Made by a program: the position numbers and the translations under genes | The notes under the pieces: generated by a model | Databases searched by the model: none | Told to the model about the DNA's origin: nothing | What the model saw: only the letters and a program-made list of their open reading frames with translations | DNA from: a virus | Lineage: Duplodnaviria > Caudoviricetes | DNA length: 64,000 nucleotides | Virus record (IMG/VR): IMGVR_UViG_3300028591_000168 | Coordinates: 1-64,000 of that record | Reading direction: 5' to 3' (one strand) | Shown: piece after piece, positions 24,478 to 32,914 of the stretch | Layout of the letters: the number at the start of each line of letters is the position of its first letter | Numbering within the stretch: position 1 is the stretch's first letter

Positions 24478-27172
24478 GTTTCATATTTTCTATTATCTGC
24501 TGCCGCTGCTGTTGCAGCTTTTCGACACTCACGGACATAGTCCGCTTGCGCTGTGTGCAGCGGCGTGCGCATTCTTCGGGATCGGTGTCCACGAAATGCG
24601 CGTTAATTTCGTAGCCGCACTCCCTGAGGACGTGTGCCACGATTTTAAGCGAGCCGTTGTCCCCAACCATGGGGATAGCGACGTTGTACCCTTTCACCGC
24701 GAGATACTGCAGGACCCAGCTAGCAATCTTGCTGGACTCTCTGCAGACATTAGTGGCGTCGCCGCCGTTGTACTCGGGCAGCAACCACTTAACAACGTCG
24801 GGATCGACAGTATAGTAGCCGTCAAGACCTCTAACGTATGTCGACTTACCAGAGCCCGGAAGACCGCAAACGATCGTAGCCTTACGGTCTCTTTTAGCTA
24901 CCTGGTCCGCTCTTCTAGTGAGAAGATTGAACAGATATGCCCTCAGCCACGGGCGACTTTCTTCAAGGCCGAAATGACCCCAGGTGTCTCCTTCGACCTT
25001 GATAGAGTTGACTGCGCTGTCAATACCGTGTTGCCAATAGGCAGCGCAGTACTCTGAGGCTTCCATGCTGCCCTGCAGCTCACTATCGGTGAACTTCAGA
25101 ACATACATTTGTACACCTGTATCTTGCGCAATGTCTGTTAGCGCTTTAAAGAAGTGGGGGTGTCCCACCGCAAAATCTTCCTTGATCCACATTGCAAGGA
25201 GTGAAGCATTCTTGCCCATTCGTACGATAAGCTCAACGTACTGACAGGCATTGTTGCCGTACGCCAAGTGATCTTTGACGGCGTCGTTATACGCCTTTCT
25301 ATTCTTAAGTCCAGCGTGGAAATTACGGGTGGCGTAGCGTTTGTCGCTATCCTCCTCGTCCCGTTCGGACCAAGCATCGGAGCAGGTGTAGTCAAACGCC
25401 GCTTTGATATCAGGGTGTTCAATTGTTACCCCAAAATCTCCGCAGAACTGCTCCTGCTCCGTGGTGCAAAATTCCACGGTTTCAGAGAGAGAAAGGAACT
25501 CCCTGAAACGCTGCAAAGCGCCGTGGACGTTGTTCTCTCCCTTTCTGAAAGCCCACAGACCGTGGTTGACGGTAATGTTATCCTTGACACCGTCAAGACC
25601 GCCACCGTAATAGACAGTTTGGCAGTCGTTGCACATTTCATCGCTGTCAAGGTTGGCAATCGCTATGCTGCCTTCCACAAGTCTAACTTCGTATCTTATA
25701 GAAGACAAGTAGAAGTTGCTATGCCGGCAATAGCTGTGTATGCTCTCCTTTCCGCACTTCGGGCAGCGTTTACTTTCGTTAACGCCTCCGTTTTGCGTTT
25801 TCGCAGCGACGAAAATTAGCTCCTCCGCTGAATTAACCTTCGCGACTTCTTCTTTTTGAAGGGCCTTTTTGCAATCGGGGCAAATCAGTCCATTTTCAAG
25901 CCGGCCTTTTATTACGCCAACATGTTCTCCTTTCTCGTTGACGTAATATTGCCCGAAGGAATCCAGGGTTTCGTAGTAATTGTTTTCGTCACCTCCGTCC
26001 TCTTCCTCCGAGAGCTTGCCGCAGATTGGGCAAAGTACTGCTACCCGTTCTGCAACGATATTGTCGTTGTCGTCGAGCTCGTTTGTGGAAAGAAGATCAA
26101 CGGTGCACTCCCGCCAAGAATTGACAGGTCTGCTCTCGACTTGCAAAAGCAGTGCCTGCTTGCACTCTTCGAACGACGTATCGACGAAGGTGTAAGCGTC
26201 CTCTTCCTTAATGGAAGTGTCGTTTGCGTCAAGGAAGACACCTTCTATTTCAAGCCGCCCTTCCTGGTAATTTCTATGGGCGTACGTTATTACGCTCTTT
26301 TTCAAGAGCAGTTTGAAGTCACGCACCGTGTCTATTTCGTAACAACGGCTGTCGTGCTTCTCAACCGGATTCTGTACCTCAGCGTAAATGGTGTACCCTT
26401 GCTGGAGAAGCTTATCGATAGCCTTCGCATACTCACAGCACCTTTCTGCGCTGGGCAGATACTTGAGCGCGTCCATAAGAAGCTGGTGTTTCTCCTTAAC
26501 AGCTTCAAACGCGTTTTCTATTGCGGCCGACTTGGATTTGAATTCTGCCTCGGCCTCTTCATTATTTTTCTTGTCCTCTTCTGTGAGGCCCCAGCCGAAG
26601 AAGCCGGTTTTTACTCGAGCGCTATATGCACTATACGCTTCGGTTCTGTTCTTTTCGTACTCCTCCTCTGCCTGCAACAAGTCTGCCTTAGACTTCTGGA
26701 GCAAGTCCAGTGCCTCTTGCAGGCCGTTCAACATTAGAGACTTGATAGCCTCCACCGGCTTGACCGGCTTGACCGATTCTTCCCAAGCCTTACCGGCCTT
26801 GATGTCGGCAGCAATGGCTGCCTTTTTATCGGCCATTGTGCTGGCCTTCCAGCTGTCCAAGGCCGCTTTCTCGGCCTTACGGGCGCGGCGGGCAGCAGCT
26901 TTCGCCCTGCGCGCCGCATCTTTTGCGAGGCGTTCTTCCTCGCGTGCTTTCTTGGCCGCGATAGCTGCGGCTTTTCTTGCGGCCTTGGCAGCCGCTTGGC
27001 GGCGTGCCTCGGCTTCCTCAGCGCACGCCAGCACGAACGTGCTGGTCGTGTAGCCAGCTGCTTTCAACGCAGCGGACAATTTCTTGCTGATCGTGTTGTT
27101 TTTCATTTTGAACATCTCCCTATTTTTGCTTTCGTTTTTGTTGCTGTTGTTGGTGTTGTTCATTTTCGTCAT
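24461..27172 (-). CDS. 903-aa polyvalent protein: Ala/Lys-rich N-terminus, zinc ribbons, predicted ART-like domain, C-terminal zeta-toxin-like/AAA_33 P-loop kinase
   Basis: CPICGK, CPDC, CPKCGK, CNDC; NHGLWAF...FCTT...YVE...MW; GLPGSGKSTY...VDPDVVKWLLPEY; AAGGAGG RBS. Confidence 0.75.
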   Translation of the reverse strand: MTKMNNTNNSNKNESKNREMFKMKNNTISKKLSAALKAAGYTTSTFVLACAEEAEARRQAAAKAARKAAAIAAKKAREEERLAKDAARRAKAAARRARKAEKAALDSWKASTMADKKAAIAADIKAGKAWEESVKPVKPVEAIKSLMLNGLQEALDLLQKSKADLLQAEEEYEKNRTEAYSAYSARVKTGFFGWGLTEEDKKNNEEAEAEFKSKSAAIENAFEAVKEKHQLLMDALKYLPSAERCCEYAKAIDKLLQQGYTIYAEVQNPVEKHDSRCYEIDTVRDFKLLLKKSVITYAHRNYQEGRLEIEGVFLDANDTSIKEEDAYTFVDTSFEECKQALLLQVESRPVNSWRECTVDLLSTNELDDNDNIVAERVAVLCPICGKLSEEEDGGDENNYYETLDSFGQYYVNEKGEHVGVIKGRLENGLICPDCKKALQKEEVAKVNSAEELIFVAAKTQNGGVNESKRCPKCGKESIHSYCRHSNFYLSSIRYEVRLVEGSIAIANLDSDEMCNDCQTVYYGGGLDGVKDNITVNHGLWAFRKGENNVHGALQRFREFLSLSETVEFCTTEQEQFCGDFGVTIEHPDIKAAFDYTCSDAWSERDEEDSDKRYATRNFHAGLKNRKAYNDAVKDHLAYGNNACQYVELIVRMGKNASLLAMWIKEDFAVGHPHFFKALTDIAQDTGVQMYVLKFTDSELQGSMEASEYCAAYWQHGIDSAVNSIKVEGDTWGHFGLEESRPWLRAYLFNLLTRRADQVAKRDRKATIVCGLPGSGKSTYVRGLDGYYTVDPDVVKWLLPEYNGGDATNVCRESSKIASWVLQYLAVKGYNVAIPMVGDNGSLKIVAHVLRECGYEINAHFVDTDPEECARRCTQRKRTMSVSVEKLQQQRQQIIENMKLLGLI

Positions 27173-27436
27173 GATAATCAACCTCCTTTGGTTGCACACT
27201 CTGTCTGATATCTTCAGCTCAGAGTCGAGACCCATGACGTGGTCTCTTTACAGGTTTACCCACCCTTGATTATAGTGAGATGATCCTCACTCGAGATTAT
27301 ATTGCCTGTACAACGCTGTCAGAAAAAGCTAACGTTGAAGGCGAGTCTCGGTTGCCCATTCAAACCTGTTAGAAAGCATGGGATATATGTTAACGTAAAC
27401 TCATATATCGGATATAAGCTTACGGTTGATCAGTAT

Positions 27437-27514
27437 TCTTCCCTTCCACTGTTTATAGGGGCTTAGGACCCTTTCCTTTGATCTTTTGATATCAAAGGAA
27501 GCCGTGTTAGAAGA
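27437..27514 (-). ncRNA. twister ribozyme F
   Basis: UCUUC-UAA-CAC-GGC-UUCCUUUGAU/AUCAAAGGAA-AGGGUCCUAAGCCCCU-AUAAACA-GUG-GAAGG-GAAGA; predicted cleavage 27509/27508. Confidence 0.9.
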
Positions 27515-27589
27515 TAAGTCTTGACACAAAAGATAAAGAGATATCTTTTATTGTTGTTACAGTCAACAGAAGATATCTCTTTTTGTTTT

Positions 27590-27647
27590 CTTCCTCTCTG
27601 TGTTAGGGGCTTGAGACCCGCTGTCTTACGACAGGCCACATTAGAAG
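27590..27647 (-). ncRNA. twister ribozyme G
   Basis: CUUC-UAA-UGU-GGC-CUGUC/GACAG-CGGGUCUCAAGCCCC-UAAC-ACA-GAGAG-GAAG; predicted cleavage 27643/27642. Confidence 0.88.
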
Positions 27648-27705
27648 CGCCCCTGAAAAGGGGCGAGAAGCTGCGCGCACCCCTGAAGAGGGGCATTTAC
27701 TGTAA

Positions 27706-28566
27706 CTATTCTGTTATAAAGACGTTGACTCCCTTGGGAATCTCGTCTTTTACCAGATAATACATTGCAGGGGTCATCCAAACCCCCAATACGGCAGGAT
27801 TTTCCTGCCATACTTCTGCGCAATTATCGATATCTACATGTGAGTAGATATCGATAATTGACCGCTTGTATTTTTTCTTGTCACATTCTCGGCCGCCATC
27901 AGGCATCTTCCACGAGAAGACGTCTTCTGTAGCGGCGAATTTGACGTTACCACGAAGCAACACGCCAATGTTGCCCATGGGTTTGCCGCTGGTGCACAGC
28001 ACCATTTTATGCGTTTCCATTTTGGCGTACAGAGCCAATGCCCTGGCCAAAAGTCCCGAATAAAACTTACGCCGCAACTTTTTCGTCATAATGGCTACTC
28101 GTTGAGGCGAAGCCTCACCACCAAAAGACTCCATTGTCTTCTTTACGTCTTCCTCATTCGGAGGAAAAGACATAAAGTCAACAGCGTGATAAAACGCTAC
28201 GCTGTCGAGCATGGTGACGGGCACCTGCGCTTCTTCTGCTTGTGTTATCACAGGCACAAGAGCGCGGCAGGGCAGTACCGTGAGAGCGCGGCAGGGCACC
28301 ACGACAAGAGCACGGGTCTGTACCGGCACCAACGCGCGGCACTCGGCCGGTACGAGAGTGCGGCAGGGCAGCACCGTAATGGCACGGCAGGGCAGCACCG
28401 TGAGAGCGCGGGGTTGTGCCTGCACGAGAGCGCAGCAAACAGTGGTTGCCGAGCTGTTGATGTCGTCGACGTTAACGCTGGTGTTGCTGCTAGTGGTGTT
28501 GTCGCTTGCAACGAGTGCTGCGACGAGCATGAGAACAACAATGATAACGATAATGATAATAGTCAT
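27706..28566 (-). CDS. membrane-anchored protein with 8-aa tandem repeats and a C-terminal predicted ART-like domain (286 aa)
   Basis: N-terminal IIIIVIIVVLMLVAALVA; RALTVLPC-type repeats; YHAV...LCTS...GNIGV...DVFS...AEVW...GVW. Confidence 0.7.
   Translation of the reverse strand: MTIIIIVIIVVLMLVAALVASDNTTSSNTSVNVDDINSSATTVCCALVQAQPRALTVLPCRAITVLPCRTLVPAECRALVPVQTRALVVVPCRALTVLPCRALVPVITQAEEAQVPVTMLDSVAFYHAVDFMSFPPNEEDVKKTMESFGGEASPQRVAIMTKKLRRKFYSGLLARALALYAKMETHKMVLCTSGKPMGNIGVLLRGNVKFAATEDVFSWKMPDGGRECDKKKYKRSIIDIYSHVDIDNCAEVWQENPAVLGVWMTPAMYYLVKDEIPKGVNVFITE
28250..28410 (-). repeat. about 7 imperfect 24-bp (8-aa) coding repeats
   Basis: RALTVLPC RAITVLPC RTLVPAEC RALVPVQT RALVVVPC RALTVLPC RALVPV. 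Confidence 0.85.
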
Positions 28567-28781
28567 GATTATTACCTCCTTAGGGTAACCCGTGCATGCC
28601 TTGTTGCAAGTCACGGTCGGAAGACATGACGACTTCCTGGATCTTCTGGCTTAGTTTATAGTGAGGTGCGACTCACTCGGTTACAGCAACCAGTTCCCAC
28701 TCGATCCTAAAACATGGGTTTATGTAAACACGGCAAGAACGAAGCGTATAGCTATGTTGTTGCAAGCCGTAGTTGAACAGT

Positions 28782-28850
28782 GCTAGCCATCTGCGTTTAC
28801 GGAGGCTTTGGACTCCTAGCTTTGATATCAAAGCTAGCCGCATTACGAGC
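28782..28850 (-). ncRNA. twister ribozyme H
   Basis: GCUCG-UAA-UGC-GGC-UAGCUUUG/CAAAGCUA-GGAGUCCAAAGCCUCC-GUAAAC-GCA-GAUGG-CUAGC; predicted cleavage 28845/28844. Confidence 0.85.
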
Positions 28851-28920
28851 AATTCTCACGAAATTGACCCCGGGGGCTAAAAATCCCAAAATGACCAAGA
28901 TCATAATAAAAACAGGTTCC

Positions 28921-29030
28921 TCCGGAAATTTTTTATTTTTTGAGATCCTAATAGGTTTTTAGACTTTTTGAGATCCTAATAGGTTTTTTAGACTTTATCT
29001 TTTTTAGCGAGTTTCCGGAAATTTTTCCTT
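28921..29030. repeat. tandem ~28-bp repeat flanked by TCCGGAAATTTTT direct repeats at the strand switch
   Basis: TTTTGAGATCCTAATAGGTTTTT(T)AGACT x2. Confidence 0.8.
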
Positions 29031-29100
29031 GAAACTCTGAGGATCTTTGTTATAACCGGTAATAGCAAGAATAGGAGGGAAAAAGAAAGGATGGTAGAAA

Positions 29101-29394
29101 ATGGGTATCGGATGTGGTGCTGCTAACCTTAACAGGATAGTCAGCAACAGAAGTCTTAACGACATTGCAGGTATCTTCAAGAGTGGTATGGTAGGACAAG
29201 GGAGATATCACCTTAACTATGGTGACGCTCTTAACACCGGTCTTGACCAGATTAATCCCCTTGCCTTTTTGGGAGCCGGAGGAGGAAGACAAGGTACGGG
29301 CTTGATGAGTAATCTTACAGCTGCTACTGGAGCACCCGGACAACAGAGTTTTGGACGCTTGTTTAACACTCTTCCCAAGGCGTTCAAGTTTTAG
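29101..29394 (+). CDS. Gly-rich hypothetical protein (97 aa)
   Basis: GAAAGGA RBS; first gene of the + arm. Confidence 0.65.
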   Translation: MGIGCGAANLNRIVSNRSLNDIAGIFKSGMVGQGRYHLNYGDALNTGLDQINPLAFLGAGGGRQGTGLMSNLTAATGAPGQQSFGRLFNTLPKAFKF

Positions 29395-29427
29395 AAATTA
29401 GTTCTTGTGAGGAGGACAAAAGAAGAG

Positions 29428-29697
29428 ATGACTGTTACCAAAGGTAAGATAAAGATAGAAGACGTTGAGATTGCAGGAAAGTTTTCCTTTATCGGGGAGG
29501 TTGACCGTACAAAAAAACCGCCGATCTTGACGATCAGCGGTGTTGTTGAGACTGCGGCAAGATTACCTGACAGTTTTAAAAGTATGGCAGGTGGCAGAGT
29601 TGTTCTCTTTGACGTTTTGATCAACAGTGAGAGTGCAGGCAGCGAAGATAACAAGATCGTTTACGGTTTTTCTGCTAAGCGTTACGAGATAAGGTAA
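29428..29697 (+). CDS. hypothetical protein (89 aa)
   Basis: GAGGAGG RBS. Confidence 0.7.
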   Translation: MTVTKGKIKIEDVEIAGKFSFIGEVDRTKKPPILTISGVVETAARLPDSFKSMAGGRVVLFDVLINSESAGSEDNKIVYGFSAKRYEIR

Positions 29698-29732
29698 CAG
29701 CAGCAGAAAAACCTTACAAAGGAGTGTTAACA

Positions 29733-30371
29733 ATGTCTGATAACGGTTGTGACGACAAGCTTTCAACCTTTTTGGCTGCTCTTCCTGAAAATCCGTGGGG
29801 GTTGTCAAAAAAAGGTTTGTCTGCAAAGAGGGCTGCTACTGCCCTTAACGCGGTTAAGACAGGCATGTACTCTTCGATACCGATAATCTGTAAGGGCGCT
29901 GCCTGCCCTTACGCTGAAACTTGCGCACTGTTACCGTATGACTTGGCACCTGAAGGTGACCTGTGTCCCGTTGAGATATCAAAGATAGAAGCTTTAATCC
30001 AAGGTTACGTCTCTGACTTTGACCTTGACGATATGAGCTTTACCGACAGAGCCTTGGTTAGTGAGGTAGTCAGTCTTGATATTATGCTTGACAGGTGTAA
30101 GGCTTTGATGGCTAAGGAAGGGACGCCCGTCCTTGACGTGGTTATCGGGATATCAGAACACGGTGAAGAGATACGGCAACCTGCAGTATCAAAGAGTATA
30201 GAGGCTTACGAAAAGCTGACGAAGAGAAAAGATAACAAGCTTATGATGTTAGCTAAGACTAACAGAGATCGTCAACGTTTTGCGCCGGAAACAGATAAGC
30301 AAAGCTGGATCCAAAGTGTAGCTGACGTTATAACGATTGACGACCTTGAGGAGAGCAACAAGATATCGTAA
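29733..30371 (+). CDS. Cys-containing protein, possible terminase small subunit (212 aa)
   Basis: AAAGGAG RBS; KTGMYS, CKGAACPYAETC...CP; helical C-terminus; position in the late operon upstream of TerL. The TerS call is an inference. Confidence 0.4.
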   Translation: MSDNGCDDKLSTFLAALPENPWGLSKKGLSAKRAATALNAVKTGMYSSIPIICKGAACPYAETCALLPYDLAPEGDLCPVEISKIEALIQGYVSDFDLDDMSFTDRALVSEVVSLDIMLDRCKALMAKEGTPVLDVVIGISEHGEEIRQPAVSKSIEAYEKLTKRKDNKLMMLAKTNRDRQRFAPETDKQSWIQSVADVITIDDLEESNKIS

Positions 30372-30390
30372 AGAAAGGAGAAAGAGAAAA

Positions 30391-30792
30391 ATGGGCATAC
30401 CGTTTTCTGGAACAGCTAGTTTTCTAAAGAGATGGACTGACGCTTACGGTAAAGGCATAAGTAGAGATGACCTGCTCAGCTTTGGTCAAAAGATCTACAG
30501 CAATGACGCTATCGAAAAGATAGGAGAGAACGGGTTACCTGCCGGTAACTTGTTTCAGAGTACGTTCCTTGAGCTTGACAGAAGAATAGCTAACAGTCCT
30601 AAACTGTTGGCAAAATTGGGTACTGAGGTAACAAATGCTGAAGGTAAAAAATACACCCAGCTTGGAGGTATGGCAAGGGCCAAAAGCTTGTTCTATAACG
30701 CTTACGGTTCTGACGCCGGTGAGCTGTCTTACGCAAGGGTAGGGGTAGCAGGCATAGCAGGATCTTACCTGGCTTATAAGGTATTGTCATAA
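30391..30792 (+). CDS. hypothetical protein with C-terminal Gly/Ala hydrophobic segment (133 aa)
   Basis: AAGGAG RBS; LSYARVGVAGIAGSYLAYK. Confidence 0.75.
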   Translation: MGIPFSGTASFLKRWTDAYGKGISRDDLLSFGQKIYSNDAIEKIGENGLPAGNLFQSTFLELDRRIANSPKLLAKLGTEVTNAEGKKYTQLGGMARAKSLFYNAYGSDAGELSYARVGVAGIAGSYLAYKVLS

Positions 30793-30824
30793 AATGTAGC
30801 GATATCGAAAGGAGGCGACACCTT

Positions 30825-31322
30825 GTGGGAACAGTTAAAGACTTTATGACTACGGTCAATCACTTTGCTACGGCTTACCTTGACGGTACTAAAGATTTTC
30901 AAATGCAACGGGGAAAGCCCATAATCCTTCTTGAAGGCAACAAGGCAATTAACGCGTTTAGTGCCGGTAACCTTTTTGACAGTGTGCGTTTTGCTCTTGA
31001 CCAAAGATTCTATAACACGGCAAAGGATAAGGGAGGAAAGATCTCTTATCGAGACAATTACTCTTTGTTGGAAAAAGCAGGAGCACAAAGAATAGTACAA
31101 GAAGGCGGCAAACAGACTGACGGCACTGTTAAGAACAATAAACCCTTAAGCCAGTGGAATATTAGTGACAAGGAAAGGTTACAGTCTCTAATGTATGATC
31201 GTGACGGTAACTTTGCTTACGCAAGAATGGCTACGGCAGGCGTAGTATCAGGCGCGCTTGGTTTACACTTCTTGTCTGACTTTACAACTATGCGACACGC
31301 TGTAGGAGTACCTTATATCTGA
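30825..31322 (+). CDS. paralogue of the preceding protein (165 aa)
   Basis: AAGGAGG RBS; FAYARMATAGVVSGALGLHF. Confidence 0.75.
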   Translation: MGTVKDFMTTVNHFATAYLDGTKDFQMQRGKPIILLEGNKAINAFSAGNLFDSVRFALDQRFYNTAKDKGGKISYRDNYSLLEKAGAQRIVQEGGKQTDGTVKNNKPLSQWNISDKERLQSLMYDRDGNFAYARMATAGVVSGALGLHFLSDFTTMRHAVGVPYI

Positions 31323-31363
31323 GAACAAAAGTGTGTAAAACAAGAAAGGGTGGTGATATCGTT

Positions 31364-31804
31364 ATGTTTCAGACAGCGTGGAATTTTGTCAAACACGGAG
31401 GAAAGACTGTCAGCCAGCTTACCAGAAGTGCAGTTAGCGGTCGTACACACACGTTGATATCAGACAAGGTAGGAGAAGATTACGCTAAGGATCTTGTTGC
31501 GTCAGGAGTGCCCCAGTATCAGGTTGCTGACGCTATTAACGCACAAGAAGGATTGTTGGCTCTTTACAAGAAGGCAGGTACGCCTGTTAACGCCGGTGAC
31601 AACATAGGAGCTACCGGTCTTGACGCGATAAAGAGCCATTACTACAAACTACAAAGCGGTACTACCAAGGATAACGCTGTCTTTACCTTCGACGACAGCA
31701 AAGCATTTTATGACGGGACTGCGGTAGCTGCCGCTACAGCTGCTGCTATTGTAGGTTTTAAGGCTGTTCAAACAGGAGTTTCGTTATTAACGGGTGACTA
31801 CTAA
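31364..31804 (+). CDS. hypothetical protein with C-terminal Ala-rich segment (146 aa)
   Basis: GGGTGGTG RBS. Confidence 0.7.
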   Translation: MFQTAWNFVKHGGKTVSQLTRSAVSGRTHTLISDKVGEDYAKDLVASGVPQYQVADAINAQEGLLALYKKAGTPVNAGDNIGATGLDAIKSHYYKLQSGTTKDNAVFTFDDSKAFYDGTAVAAATAAAIVGFKAVQTGVSLLTGDY

Positions 31805-31871
31805 CAGTGGTTACCAACAATAACCGGTAAAAATGTTGATATCAGCTGATATCACAAGGAGGTGATCGACA

Positions 31872-32420
31872 ATGCCTGTTTGGTCACAGGTTATAGGAAA
31901 AGGTTTAACGGGAGCTTTAAAGGTAGGATTAGGTTTTGGAATACAAGCAGGTAAGATGGGATGGAAGAGTGCCGCTGCTGTAGGAGAAGGCATTATGGGC
32001 ACCAGCAAAAGGATAGGAGAAGGTTTTGTCGATGCCAGCAAAAAGGTAGGTGGCGTCTTAGCAGAACCCTTTGCGACACCTGAAGCCAGAAGACAAACAG
32101 GTATTAACGCTGCCGAGACTATCCGTGACGTAGGTAACGCTTTTGTTCGAGAAAATGCCAAAGGCCATATGGAGCTGACCGGCAGAGGCCTTGGTATTAT
32201 CGGAGCTATAACGGTAGCCGACAAGCTTCGAGATTCTTACTATGACACGAAGACAGAGAACCTTGGTATTGTTGATCGGCAACCGGTTAGAGCTACACCT
32301 GACTATCGACCCCGACAGTACGAGATGCATCCGCCAAAGAGGATAACTGCTGACAGTGGCGGTGCTACCGGCGACCTTGTGTTTGCACTGCACAACCTTA
32401 GGAACCAAGGTCTTTACTAA
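31872..32420 (+). CDS. Gly/Ala-rich hypothetical protein (182 aa)
   Basis: AAGGAGGTG RBS. Confidence 0.8.
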   Translation: MPVWSQVIGKGLTGALKVGLGFGIQAGKMGWKSAAAVGEGIMGTSKRIGEGFVDASKKVGGVLAEPFATPEARRQTGINAAETIRDVGNAFVRENAKGHMELTGRGLGIIGAITVADKLRDSYYDTKTENLGIVDRQPVRATPDYRPRQYEMHPPKRITADSGGATGDLVFALHNLRNQGLY

Positions 32421-32460
32421 CGGTTGATATCAGCTGATATCACGAGGAGGTGATCTTACT

Positions 32461-32901
32461 ATGTCAACCAGTAGTAGTTTAGGAAAGGTAATCTGGAACG
32501 CGGTTTCTAATCACGGTGTTAATATCGGGTTGACAACTTACTTTGGTATCGACGCTTATCAGGAAGCCAGAAGAGAAGGATCGGGTTTCTTGGGCAGTGC
32601 TGCTGCAGCAGCTGAAAATATGGCTTTACCTATGGTTATGCCTGGTGGCTTACCCGGTTACTTTGCCTTTGAGCTTGCTACCAGTATGCCGAGTTTAGCT
32701 ATCGACTTTTACAAGGCACAACGAGATTACCGAAGGAAGCTTGGTGTAGAACAACGACACAAGGCTTTTCAAAGCGCAAGCTTTCAAGATACCCAAATGA
32801 CTTACACTATGCGACAGGCTGCTATGGCTATAGCACAGCGCAGTCGTTACAATACCCAAGCAGCAATGTTAGGACAAGAAGCACAGTATATGTTAAAGTA
32901 A
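32461..32901 (+). CDS. hypothetical protein (146 aa)
   Basis: GAGGAGGTG RBS. Confidence 0.8.
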   Translation: MSTSSSLGKVIWNAVSNHGVNIGLTTYFGIDAYQEARREGSGFLGSAAAAAENMALPMVMPGGLPGYFAFELATSMPSLAIDFYKAQRDYRRKLGVEQRHKAFQSASFQDTQMTYTMRQAAMAIAQRSRYNTQAAMLGQEAQYMLK

Positions 32902-32914
32902 GGTGATATCAAAG

